From positions 71,150,797 to 71,214,796 of the forward strand of contig NC_057711.1 in NCBI RefSeq assembly GCF_004010195.1: 64,000 nt of DNA, in the 5' to 3' direction. The stretch comes from Chiloscyllium plagiosum (taxonomy: Eukaryota). Position numbers and translations under genes: made by a program. Below the pieces are notes generated by a model that was not told the DNA's origin, did no database searches, and saw nothing but the letters and a program-made list of their open reading frames with translations. Shown here one piece after another: positions 26,300 through 38,407 of this stretch; the first letter of the stretch is position 1; every line of letters starts with the position of its first letter.

Positions 26300-26560
26300 C
26301 CAAAAAAATTATGGAAGTCCCCAGAAGACAAGCTACATGTAAGAGTAAAATTCAGGATTATCACTTAGAATTGATGTCCTACAAGCAAAGGTCATCAGAA
26401 TCAATAGATCATTTTGTCAGTAGATGCCAAGCAAAGGTAACAAGAATGAATTGTTGCAGTGAATAATGGAGTTGGTGATTGCTTCAACACCTTAAAAAGC
26501 ATTCCAAAAGAACTTCTTGGCTAAAAACAAAGGACAGCGCATTATTTTTCACTTCCAGGA
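26300..26560 (+). mobile_element. Ty3/Gypsy gag remnant
   Basis: EDKLHVRVKFRI.HLELMSYKQRSSESIDHFVSRCQAK...IMELVIASTP*KAFQK fits the Gag Q...ES..xFxxR motif. Confidence 0.65.
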
Positions 26561-26639
26561 AATGGTAGGTGATTCTATTATGCAGCGACCTGACAATGGT
26601 CAAACTTAAGTACAATGTAGCTCATTCTTTGAATATGGC

Positions 26640-26800
26640 CATTAGGTAACAGGTAGTAGGCCTGCTGAAGATGAGATTCCAATGGTTGGGTTAATCTGAG
26701 CGGACCCATAACAGTACATTTCTGCCATGCTGTGCCCTGTACAACCTGAGCAGCCAAAGAGGGGACATAATGAAGAGCTGGGAGAGGGGCAGCAGTATCC
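26640..26800 (+). mobile_element. PIF/Harbinger transposase C-terminal remnant
   Basis: VVGLLKMRFQWL and CCALYNL (IGLLKMRFRCL and CCxLHN motifs). Confidence 0.65.
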
Positions 26801-27399
26801 CAGTTTGGAAAGTGAGCATATTGAGCTTGCAGGACATCATATTCAGCAAGATATAGTAACTGACTTCAGATGCAATAAGCCCCACAGAACTTAATTGACA
26901 CCCAGTTCCAACAGATGTGTAGCTGGATGTAGTGATCAAATAATGATTGGAAAATGTCTTGTTCGTGGAGATGCAAGCAGTTCCTGTCTGTCCCCATGAG
27001 CAAATGCAGTTTCTGCTTGTTTGTTATTTCTTCATTTTTATAGTTGCTGAATAGAAGTGAATGTTTTCAAATGCTAAAGGATTTCCAAATTGTGATGGCC
27101 CCGCATTGAACAATGAGAAAATGTCAGCCCGTACTTGATGAAAGAGTAGCACTCCCTTATTCAGGTTTCTAAGAAAAGATAATGTCAAGGATGGGTAAAT
27201 TGTGTAACTTGGTTCTTAAATACCAATGTATTTACAAATATGCATTTTTACTTATGATGATACATCAGCTGTGCCACTATTGCGCCCTCAAAAGCATTTA
27301 TTTTTGGTTCCCTCATCTGCTGTCTACAGTGGCTGCCAGAGAATGACATATTTAAAAATGTCACCAGTTTTGGGAATCCCAGGAGGTTCCAACAATGGT

Positions 27400-27750
27400 A
27401 GGCAATAGTGGTATTGTCACTGGACCATTAATTCAGAGGCCCCAGGTAATATTCTGGAGACCTGGGCTTGCGTTCTGCCACAGCCAAAGATGAAATTTGA
27501 ATTCATTAGGAATCTGGAAGTAAGAGTTTAATGATGACCATGAAACCATTACCGATTGTCAGGAAAATACATCTGGTTCACAAATGTCTTTTAGGGAAGG
27601 AAACTGCCATCCTTACCTGGTCTGGCCTACATGTGACTCCAGACCCACAGCAATGTGGTTGAGTCTTAACAGCCCTCTGGGTAATTAGGGATGGGCAATC
27701 AACATTGGTCTGCCAATGAAGCCCACATCCCATGAATGAATAAATAAAAA
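27400..27750 (+). mobile_element. Deu-domain-like SINE (SacSINE1-like), near complete
   Basis: tRNA-like head, central CCTTACCTGGTCTGGCCTACATGTGACTCCAGACCCACAGCAATGTGGTTGA, and an A-rich tail; several copies in the window. Confidence 0.7.
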
Positions 27751-29859
27751 CTGTGAGCACTTCCCACCACCGGTAAGAGGTAAGATAGCATGAGCAGGGT
27801 GCCATAGAGATGTGGTGCACAACTAATGAGATGACCTGTGGAGAATAGTGTGAAAAAACCTACGAGGGCTCACAAGGAAAAACCCTCCATGAAACTTTCC
27901 AAAATCAACACTTATGTTGATTTTAGTGGTTTGCAGTCACAGTTATCTAAATGAGACAGTTGATGATCTGTAATAATTTTCTGACAGTTTACTGAGAAGC
28001 AGCAGTTTAGATATGGTACATCAATTAATTATGCAAAGAAAGGAAGTAAACAACTCATGACTGATGAGACTTCTCCACTGATCCCAAACCCGTCTATAAA
28101 ATGAAGGATTAGAGCAAGCAGACTCCCACAGACCAAATCTCTTCTAGTCTTTCATGGCAGTCTTTGTTAGCAGCTGTCTTTGTTTCTCCCTTGGCCTGAT
28201 GCAGGGAAAGTCCTGGTCTTCCTTCCAGAACATGATGGCTTGTCTGCCTGATCTTGCTCATAGCTGTACCTTTCCACCTATCCTTGCTGATATTTTATTT
28301 TGGGGGCTTGCCATTCTTGTCATGTCAATCACCCATCTGAACCCTCTCAGCTAATGACAATGGGCAGCTACTCATAATGCCAAGATGACCATTGCTTTCT
28401 TGCCCACCTGAATTTGTGGATTGCTTTTCATTCCTTGTGAGAACAAAACTTCATTTCCAAAAACATTGCACTTGTATGAGTAGTGTAGTGCCTGATAAAT
28501 CTTTTGTTCATGCTTGCGGAAGACTAGTTACTAATGTGACACAATTAAACGAGATTTCATGTTACACAAGAAGTTCCAAATATTGAATGCTGAGGGAACA
28601 CTGGTTTCAGGGTATGTCAATTTCCAACAATTATGCAATTTCTTTTTAAAATTCCACTGTAATCTACCCAACTTCTACTGTTACACTACACTGGAATTTC
28701 AGGGGTTTGTGCAGGGCCAGAAAAAAGAGTCTGGCTGTCAATCTGTAAATTATTGGTAAAGCGTTGTTCTGCAAAGGAACCGATTTTTTTTTGAAGAGAA
28801 GGGAAACTGGCAGGCCATGATGAGTGGGGAGTGAATTGTACAGCATTTTGAAAGCAATTGATGCTATTTGCCAAACCACTTTCTCATAATCACTGAACTG
28901 ATGATTTAAGCACAAGGCCTTCAGGTACTCACCTCTGAATCAATATCTTGAATTTTTCTTTATCCACCTGCAGTGCATCATTAGAGTGCTCTTTGTATCT
29001 AATGCAGGGTGAACTCATGGAAATAAAGAAACAAAAATCTCCCTATGGCAAGTATATTGACATTTACAGATGCAGCCTGTGTCATTAGATTCACAACATA
29101 AAAAGGGTAATAAAATTGTGAGTGCTTTCCACTGAATAGCATTTCTCAGCAACGTCACTAAATCCCACAGTACTCAGTCATAGAAACATGCTACTAAGAA
29201 TCTCTGAGTCCAGCATTTTCCATTAGCTGGATTTATTAACCAGTGCAAATATGATAATTTTATGCATTATAATCTGAATAATTATACTTTTATTGATTTA
29301 AAATAGTTACTTTTCATTGGAGATTAGAAAAATCCTGTAAAATCAGGAGCTGTAAAGTAAAAATAAAGAAAAAAAGTTTGCAATGCTAAGTATTTTTAAT
29401 ATTTTCTGATTTTAATTTCAGGTTTTCAGCAACTATAGTATTCTGCTTTTTCATTCAACCCTGCAATTAGGAAGCACGTGTGAGAAACAACAAACAAATG
29501 ACCATTTAGTTGGTAAGTTCCATGAGGACGGATAGGAGAGCAGTGATAAAACAATGTGAGCTTTGAATGTCCAAAAGGAACTGAGGGAAATGGCAGAGAG
29601 ACAACTGATTGGATGTTCTTCTCTAATGACAGAGACTCAGTTCATGAAGTTAAGACTGGAGGAGACAATGGAAAGAGTTTTAAGAAAATGGTTTTCAGTA
29701 GGAAATAAAAGAAGACAGGTTTTCTTTGCATTTCAAAATGTTTATGGGAGAGCCAGAAGTTTTGACAGATGAAAGCAGAACCTGATAGTGCTTTACATCG
29801 TCCAGTTAGAACTGGTGGTGAATGGCTAAGCTAATTGTCTATTGTATCGATTCAATTCT

Positions 29860-30360
29860 ATAGAATGGATATTGTTAAACCTGACAGGGTGCAGAAAAGA
29901 TTTACAAGAGTGTTGTAGAGATTGGATGGTTTAAGCTATAGGGAGAGACTGAAAAGGCTGGGGCTTTTTTCCCCTGAAATGTCGAAACCTTACAGAGGTT
30001 TATAAAATCATGAGGTGCATGGATAGCATGAATAACCAAGATCTTTTCCCAAGGGTGGGAGAGTCCAAACTAGAGGACATAGGTTTAAGGTGATGGGGAA
30101 AGACTAAAAAAGGACTTGAGGGGTATCTTTTTCTCACAGAGGATGGTGCGTGTCCAGAAGGAGCTGACAGAGGAAGTGGTGGAGATGGGTACAATCACAA
30201 CATTTAAATGACACCAATATAGCTATTTGAATAGGAAGGGTTTAGAGGAATATGGGCTAAATGCTGGCAAATGGGACTAGGTCAGATTGAGATGTCTACT
30301 TGGTGCAGATGAGTTGCACTGAAGGGTCTGTTTCTATGCTGCATTACTCAATGACTGTAA
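29860..30360 (+). mobile_element. CR1 LINE 3' fragment
   Basis: RVQKRFTRVL, EVYKIMR and RGHRFKV blocks plus the CR1 3' UTR. Confidence 0.9.
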
Positions 30361-30949
30361 GTCTGCTTCCATTGGACTTAAGGGAATGGAGGTGACCACT
30401 GTACAGGGGGACAGCTAAGGTGAGAGAGAATAATGGCTTTAGTAGGCACTGTAACATCAAAAATAAAAGTGGGGATATGGATGGACAAATCAATAATTGC
30501 AGTAGTGTTGTGACAAATTTAAAACCAAAAACTAGACAATTGAAATTTTGACCTTGAAGTTGTAAATCAATTCAAGGGGCATCTTTTTCCTGAGGTGGTC
30601 ACAGATGGAAGTGTGTTTGAGATGGGGAAAATAGATGTGGGTGAAGAATGATGTGAGGAAGTTGATCGGAGATAGTAGAATGATGCAGTAGCAGTAACAA
30701 AGCGACATGAGGTAGCAAGGTCAATGAGGCAGTCATAAATGTGCATTGATAAGCTTAAATGGAGAGAATGCTTCAGGGAGCATGAGAGGGCTGTGGACTC
30801 AGGTGGGAGAGAACATGATCAATTGAAGTGAAGATTGAAATCACAGAATGAGGAGGTACTCAATGCAAAGACTGAATAGAGGAAGTAGGGAAGTTGTCTC
30901 AGTAATAACATTTTTGTGGTAGTTGGAATGGCAGTAAAGAATTAGGATT

Positions 30950-31935
30950 TTAGATAGGATAGAGAGGAAGGTTATCAACGGATGCAGCAGGATAGAGATC
31001 AGCTGGGAAGTTGGACAGAGAAATAGCTGATGGAGTTCAATCCAGATAAGTGTGAGGTGATGCATCTTGAAAATTTAAATGAAAGAGGAAAATGTATAGT
31101 AAATACATATATTTATTTCTTGTATGTAATAAAATACGTACAATATTTATGAGTGCCTCATTGACCTTGCTACCTCATGTGGCTTTGTTACTGCCACTGC
31201 ATCATTCTACTATCACTGATCAACTTCCTCGCATTTGTAAGGACCCTTAGATGCATTGCTATATGGAGGTATGTTGGGGTCCAATTCCATAGCTCCCTTA
31301 CAGTGGCAACACAAGTGAATGTAGTGGATAAGAAGGCATACAGCATTCTTGCCTTCATTTGTTTAGGCATTAAGTAGAAAAGTTGGTAAGTTATGTTGCA
31401 GCTATATAAACTTTGGTCAGGCAACATTTGCAGTGTTGTGTGTGAAGTTTTGATCGCCAGATAGGAAATACACAGAGGTTTTAGAGAGGTGCAGAAGAGG
31501 TTCACCAGGATGTTGCTTTGATTGAAGTGTATTAGCTATAAGGAGAGTTGAACAAACGTGGATTATTTCCTCTAGAGTATCGGAGGCTGAGGCGCAATCT
31601 GATAGAAGTGTATATGAGGAGCATCAAAAGGGTGGAAATGTCTAATATTAGAGGATATAGGTTTAAAGAGACAGGGAAAATGTTTGGAGGAGATGTGCAA
31701 GAAAAGCATTTTGCATAGGGTGTCATCTGTGGAACATGCTGCCAGGGGAGGTGAGAGAAGTTGATTTGTTCGCAAAGTTTAAGAGACATTCAGACAGACA
31801 CATGAACAGGCTGAGAACAGAGAGATATGGACCATGCACAGGCAGATAGGATTAGTTTAGGAACAGCATGATGGTCGACACAGATATGGTGGGCTGCGAG
31901 GCCTGGTCTTGTGCTGTACTGTTCTATCTTCTATG
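30950..31935 (+). mobile_element. CR1 LINE 3' fragment with a templated insert
   Basis: MEFNPDKCEVMH, KKAYSILAFI and VQKRFTRML blocks and a TTCTAT-type tail; interrupted at about 31105-31234. Confidence 0.88.
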
Positions 31936-32367
31936 TTAAATAAAATGTGAGAAGGTCAGAACAGAGCAAATTCTAAAAGGAGCAGAGATATAAGGAGACA
32001 GGCAAAGATGTAATTTGTCAAGAAGACTCAATGTCAGCATGATAGTCTGAGCAGAGCAAGGTTTGAAACACCCCTGAGGGAAGGTGTCATCACTCCTAAG
32101 CTAGGTTTACATCAAAGCAAAGATATTGAAGCAATTATCCCCCAATAATCTCACAAACCTTCATTGCAAGTGTACAGATACTCTGGAGTGAAATGTATGG
32201 AGGAACATTGAAAAACGATCCACTGTTAGTGGCTATAGGGTCAACAGTGAATTGAATAAGGATGAACTTTGCAGCTGCTTCTCATAATGAGGCAGGACTA
32301 CGTACCTTGATCCACCTTTTGGTAGATGTCAAGAGAGGCATCGAGAGAAGTTGTGGTCTTACAGAGT

Positions 32368-32575
32368 CATAGTGGCACAGTGGCTTAGAGGTTAGAATTG
32401 CTGCCTCATAGGTCCAGGTACTTGGACTCAATTCCAGCCTTGGGTGACTGTCTGTGTGGAATTTGCATGTTCTTCCTGTATCTGCGTGGGTCTCAGGGAG
32501 AACGGCTGCTCCTGTTTCCTCCTGCAGTCCAAAGATATATAGGTTAGGTAGATTGACCATGCTAAGTTGGCAGTA
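32368..32575 (+). mobile_element. HE1-like V-SINE
   Basis: tRNA-like head and V-domain-like core (GTCTGTGTGGAATTTGCATGTTCT...CAGTCCAAAGAT). Confidence 0.82.
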
Positions 32576-32583
32576 GTAACCAG

Positions 32584-32774
32584 GATTTGGAGATGCCAGT
32601 GTTGGACTGGGGTGTACAAAGTTGAAAGTCACACAACACCAGATTGTAGTCCAACAGGTTTAATTGGAAGCACTAGCTTTCGGAGTGATGCTCCTTCATC
32701 AGGTGGTTGTGGAGTGTAAGATACAAATGTTTACAGTGCGATGTAACTGAAATTATATGTTGTAAAAGACCTGG
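32584..32774 (-). mobile_element. Penelope-like element terminal-repeat fragment
   Basis: Multi-copy in the window (8403, 22490) and carries a minimal hammerhead motif; the PLE assignment is inferred from that motif. Confidence 0.6.
32671..32705 (-). ncRNA. Minimal type I hammerhead ribozyme motif
   Basis: Minus-strand RNA: CAC-CUGAUGA-A-GGAG-CAUCA-CUCC-GAA-AGCU-A-GUG. Intact core boxes, 4-bp helix II, palindromic AGCU as helix III, and CAC/GUG as helix I. Confidence 0.7.
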
Positions 32775-32859
32775 TAAAAAGCAGAAGAGAGTTTACCTTG
32801 GCCCAGGCAAGTGAATCACTGAAACTGAGAAACTGTTGAATTTGATAATTTGTGACTGT

Positions 32860-33200
32860 TTTGCTTTGAGAGAAGGCTGAGGAGATTTACAATAAACTTT
32901 CAAAATCATTGGGGTGGGGGAGAGTCAAGGCAGAGTGAATAAAGAGAGCTGTTCCCTTTGTAAACAGATTGAGATTGAGGGGGTTTAATTTTAAAGTATT
33001 TTGCAAAAGAAGCAAATGTGAAGTAAGAAACTTTATCAGGCAGTGAGTATTTAGGGTCTGGATGTGTGGAGGAGGTTGGTTCAATTAAGGTGTTCAAAAA
33101 GCTGTTGGATGATTACTTCATGCAGGGATACAGGAAAATTGACACAAAATTGAAATGCTCAGCTTACTGGTGCATACAGGTTAGTAACCAAATGATGCCC
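32860..33200 (+). mobile_element. Old CR1 3' fragment
   Basis: RRLRRFTINFQN-like decayed block, GAGCTGTTCCCTTTGT and AAGGTGTTCAAAAAGCTGTTGGAT CR1-type segments. Confidence 0.6.
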
Positions 33201-34634
33201 AAATGAGGGCAATGATAGATTAGTCACTTTATCTACTACAAATAGACTTTTCATGTGAGACTCACTAAGCAAATATAATGGCCCAGATTTTCTGCTGGCC
33301 AGACAGTCGTTATTCCAATGTAGATAGGAGTTACCATGGGGACCCTGTAGAATCTCCATTATAGTACACTTTGAACGAATTGCCTGGGAAATTGAATTTT
33401 CTGCTCAATAATTCCTCTACACTTGGAAACCTCCTAAAACTAAATCGGAGACTTTGGAGGGTTTCGATGAGATTAAATAAAATAATTACTTGGGAAATGT
33501 TAGATAACTAAATACACAGAATACATAAAATCCTTTAAATTTCGGAATACAGCAGCTGACTGAGGTGATAAGAGGGCAGGTTTGCCTTCCTCTGACAGTT
33601 CAATGCTGAGAAATTATCAGAATGATCACATAGTTCTATAGTTCTGAAGGAGACCTGAGTGGAATTGCCTCTCAGAAATGCAGAGTTTCTTCTTTCATTC
33701 AAAATGAAGGGACAGAGTGGCAATCCATGTGAAATTGCCATTCAAAAAACCTGGCCACATGCATCCAAAGCTAATCATCTCCTGCCGCATAGTGTGGTTG
33801 ACATTTATCAACTGTGCAAGGATTCATTCAAGTACTTTTATATCAGCTTATAAATACATAACAAAGCATAGGAAAATACATATATATGCATTGAGCCCAT
33901 TCCATGATGTATCTTACATACAATGTCACCTAGTTCTGTCCACAACTAATCACACAATCTTCTCGGAGAGTCAGTTCAGGGTAAACTCTGGGAAATTCTC
34001 CAGCTTCAGAGGTGACTAAGGAAGGAGTCCATAAATAAAAGCAAATACTGTGGAGGCCCGAAATCTGAAAATTAAAAACGATGTGGAAAGAACTGAGTTA
34101 ATGTTTCAGGTGAGATCTGGCTCTCTAACACATTGGCCCAGAAGCTACAATCAGGATCAGAAACGGAGTTTCTGATCCTGATAGGATGAGAAAATTAGTT
34201 ATTTGCCTTTAGATGCCTCCTGTACTGTAGGCTCCTGGACTGGAGTCTCTTTTCAGGAGTTATCCAGAAGTCCATGAATCTGGTAGCAGAGGGAATCACT
34301 GTGGAGACCACCCTACTTTTGCAGCAGTTGGTGTGTCGTGTTTTGGAACTCAAGTATTCAGCAACTCACTTTGATAGCTTCTATGAAAGGGTAAGTATGA
34401 AAAGTAAATGTGAGGTTAGGGCATGAGATGTATGAGTATGCGTAGAGTGCCAACTGAATCAGATGTCAAAGGATTATCATTTGGATCCTTACTGTCTATG
34501 AGGAGGGGATCCTTATCCTGACCTCCTAGGTTATTACTGAGCCCAAACACTGGACTGTTAGCAGACCATGCCCATAATTTACCTGATAGGATCCTCTGAC
34601 TGAACCTGACTTGACTGAGCAGAAGTGGTTACTG

Positions 34635-34743
34635 CCAATGCTGGAGATTAGAGTCAAAATTAGAGTGGTGCTGGAAAAGCACAGCAGGTCAGGCAGCATC
34701 CAAGGAGCAGGAAAATCAATATTTCGGGCAAAAGCCCTTCATC
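34635..34743 (-). mobile_element. Penelope-like short repeat with a truncated hammerhead motif
   Basis: Minus strand reads ..GAUGA-AGGGC-UUUU-GCCC-GAAA-UAUUG; the first CU of the core is missing. Confidence 0.55.
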
Positions 34744-35623
34744 TTGACTGAGGACTACTCCTCCTGGACTTTGACACATAACCATTTGTCTCAACCATGT
34801 ACTTGGTTGGATGCATGCAGCAAGCTGATGTTGTCAAGTATCTGCTTTGACCTTTATGTCAGGACTTTCCTGCATCTATTTTTCTATTGAGATAGTAGAA
34901 TTGGAGAGTGTGCACTAATTAGGCAACAGTACATTACAATGAGAGTGATGATGAACGATAATTCCCATAAATAATTTCTCACAGCCTGCTAGTGAGAATC
35001 TGATCTTGATGTTTGGAATTTAGTTTGAAAATGGGACTTACTCATCTTAACACTGAGATAAGCCTTGCTTGACATCTGACATGCTTGACATGATTCTCCC
35101 AGTTTTCTCACTGTGGCCCATGTCATTCAGGGCCTGGGAAGGTTCTGCCCTCTGAGTTTGCCAGGTGAAAGTCTTTTTGCTCTAAATAACAATAATGAAA
35201 AGAAACAAACATCCAGAACATCTCTCACTTTGTGTTCCAGTTGTGAAGGGCACAATGACATGGGGCACCCTTTTTGGGCTCTGCTTCAAGGCCCTGATGG
35301 AGCAGTCAAGGATTTTTTTTAATGATTAAGATCTGTTTGTTCAACAATCAACATATTAAAATTCTGCTCTTATTTCTCACTCAAAACTTTGATGGACATT
35401 GTTTCCCAAAGTAATTTGCTTTGTTTTTGGAAACAGCAAAGAGACAATAGTCTTCCTTAACCTTTTGACTTTTAAGCAATCACATGATAAATTCATTTTA
35501 CACCAGTAATATAAAAAAAACTCCGTATTCCAAATTGCAAATCACAATGCATGTGTTCCCAACATTATTTCCAGCATTCTGTAGAGATTGTCTGTTCATG
35601 GATCTGAGATGAAGGCTGCATGC

Positions 35624-36481
35624 TGTTATACAGGTGTGGGTGTACTGTACCTTTAAGAGAGTTAAAAGCGAGCAGAACTAACTGACAGCACCAAGTCTTC
35701 TGAATAAGGTAACAATGCTAAATTGGTTGAAAACTAGATTAGCTAGGTTGCCTGGAAACAACAAAACAAATTCAAGTTAGGCCAATCAGTTTAATTTATA
35801 CCCCCAAAAATACCAACATCCAATCAAGTTTGAATTCATCATATTGTCAATCTTAAAAGCCAAAGACATAATCTGATACTTTGGGGGTATAAGATCGTGA
35901 AAAATTGAACAGTTGGGGGGAGAACTGCCAGGCCAATGACATCTGCAGACTGCTCAGAGAATAGCTGTCTTAAAGGTGCCTTTATCGATCAATAACCTGT
36001 GAAGCAGAAATCCCTAAGAAGAAGTAAAGAAGATTCGACATCTGGCTGGTTTTTGAAAAGTTGAATTTTGGTAAATCTTAATCGGGGTTTTATCGGACAA
36101 GTATTATAGAAGGGAAAGTAAAAGGTAGGTTAGAGGAAGGTGTTGTAAATAGTTGTTAGTTAATTATTCTCAGTTATACTTTCAGAAATAAAATGATTAC
36201 TTTTGGAGGCTGGCACAATTGCAACATTAAAGAGGCATTTGGATGGATATATGAATAGAATGGGTTTGGAGGGATATGGACCGGGTGCTAGCAGGTGGGA
36301 CTAGATTGGGTTGGGATATCTGGTTGGCATGGACGGGTTGGCCGAAGGGTCAGTTTCCATGCTGTACATCTCTATGACTCTAGTTCTTGGCCTCTTGAAT
36401 TTTCACAGATTACTGCATGGGATAAATGTTTTCTGTGTTGCTGGTTTAAATTAAGCAGAAGGGTTTACTCATGTTATAACA
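35624..36481 (+). mobile_element. Solo LTR with a nested CR1 3' end
   Basis: Perfect 7-bp inverted termini TGTTATA...TATAACA, TATA-like GGTATAAGA at about 35886, AATAAA at about 36187; flanks ATGC/GTGT are only a degenerate TSD. Confidence 0.7.
36205..36382 (+). mobile_element. CR1/HER1 extreme 3' fragment inside the LTR
   Basis: Closely matches the reverse complement of about 63040-63215; ends in CTCTATGACTCTA. Confidence 0.9.
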
Positions 36482-36629
36482 GTGTCAAAAAGCAAATGGG
36501 GTCATGTATGACATCTCACAATGCTCAATTCACAAAAGAATTCAGGATGCAATTAATGACACTTTTCCAAAGAACAGATTTTCATTTTCTTCTCCTGTGA
36601 TGTGAAGAGTCATGCAGCCTGGAGTCAGT

Positions 36630-37215
36630 GGGAGTCTCCAAACTCATTGGCTTCCCCAGTTGCAGCATGCTAAACACAGCACCGACATTGCTTTGAGAAT
36701 GCTCTACCACCAACATACAATGTTCACCCCCATCAATATCCAATTTATCTGTGACCATCGATGATACATCTTCAAGATATGCAGTGAATATCTTGGTTGC
36801 TGCCAAAACTCTTACCTGTCAGAGACTTTGTGGGTTCCCATGTCCTCAGGTCAGACAGGAATGGCTGCTGGGAGACAAGGCTACCCACTCCAAACATGAC
36901 TGATGGCTTTGGAATGATGCAGGTTGAGCATCTCTAGATGAACTTCTCATTCCTTGACTGCTACACCAGGGTCTTGCAGCATAGGATGCCCCATCTCATT
37001 GTGGTATGTTGTGCCCTGCACAACCGGAATTGCCAAAGTGAAGGATATTCCAGGTGCAGAGGAAATGGGAAAATCAAGAACAATTCTCAGATGCTGAGGA
37101 GGAAAGTGAAGATAAGGATCAGGATGTTGACCAGGAAGGGCATTGAAGAGATCATGATAGATCTGCGCATCGTGAGTACTAGAGTCAGAGAGAAATTAAT
37201 TGAAACTGCCTCCCC
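36630..37215 (+). mobile_element. PIF/Harbinger (HARBI1-like) DDE transposase remnant
   Basis: GFP.LQHAKHSTDIALR, NIQFICDH...YLGCCQNSY, GWLLGDK and IVVCCALHN, followed by an acidic tail; many frameshifts. Confidence 0.78.
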
Positions 37216-37764
37216 GTAGGTCTGAGCTAGTTTCACCTTCCTTGCAATGTGCAACTTTTCTCGTTATTTGACAAACAACCTCTGGTCATCCACAATGAGT
37301 GTCTTCTTATCCGAAAGGCATCATCAAGTGGGTCTGACCTTGGGAAAATGTGCAATGGCATTGGTGGAGGCAAGATGGTACCAAAGAATGGCAACATGGT
37401 TGCAGTAGTGATGGCACAGTTCCAGGCCATGACTGCTCCAGACACCTGATGGCAGAGGCAGTGGCATTCCAGCATATGGGAAGTGGGGCCATGTGAGTGT
37501 CTGCAGACTGAGAGATGGACTTTGTGCCTTTGTTTATCTGGCAGAGAGGATATATAGTGGAGGCAGGGGGAGTGATCTGGACATTTACTTTTCTTTTGGT
37601 TGCTTCTTTTACTTCTGCTTCTGTTTTTTTAATTCTGCCTTTTGTATTCTAAGATGGCACCAGACAATGGCGACTTGTACAACTCTCACAGTACTCCTGT
37701 ATTCCTTTACTCAAGTACATGTGACAATTAAAATCTAATAATAATGATAATGTAGAGATTTAGG

Positions 37765-38110
37765 GGTGGCACGGTGGCTCAGTGGTTAGCACTGCTGCCT
37801 CACAGTGCCAGGGAGCCTGATTCGATTCCACCCTTGGGTGACTGTCTGAGCAAAGTTAGAATATTCTCCCTGCGTCTGCATGGGTTTCCTCTGGATGGTC
37901 CCATTTCCTCCCACAGTCTAAAGATGTGTAGGTTAGGTGGATTGGTCATCCTAAATTTCCCACAATGTCCAGGGATGTACAGGCTTGGTGGATCAGGCAT
38001 GGGAAATGCAGGGTTTTAGGGAGAGAATGGGTTGGGGCGGGATGCTCTTTGGAGAAGTGGTGTGGACTCAATGGGCTGAATGGCCTGCTTCCACACTATA
38101 GGGATTCTAT
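37765..38110 (+). mobile_element. HE1-like V-SINE, full length
   Basis: GGTGGCACGGTGGCTCAGTGGTTAGCACTGCTGCCTCACAG head, V core, and a CR1-derived tail (GGCTGAATGGCCTGCTTCC...GATTCTAT). Confidence 0.9.
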
Positions 38111-38233
38111 CATCAGTAAGAGCAGTAACAAGGCATGATGTTGAGATTTAATTGCTTTTAAGACTTCAATTATCGTATGCTATCTGAGTGTTGTGCACTG
38201 AAATCTCTCACAACAGGTAGCAGGTTAGGAGTA

Positions 38234-38407
38234 CAGAGGAACCTCGATTACCTGGCATTTGATTATCCAAATATCAGATTATCTGCCAAGATCGCAAGGT
38301 CCTGATGCTCCACTAAACTATGTTATCCGGCATTTGATTATCCAGAATTCAACTAATCGAACAAAATACTCCCTGCCCTAGTCCTTCAAATGGTCGAGGT
38401 TCCTCTG
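38234..38407. mobile_element. MITE (Tc1/mariner-pogo/Tigger type), 174 bp
   Basis: Perfect 14-bp TIRs CAGAGGAACCTCGA / TCGAGGTTCCTCTG; TA on the left and CA (mutated TA) on the right; internal GGCATTTGATTATCCA occurs twice. Confidence 0.85.

Noticed and set aside
37765..37840. tRNA gene
   Set aside because: tRNA-derived SINE head continuing into V-SINE core and LINE-derived tail; no complete cloverleaf.
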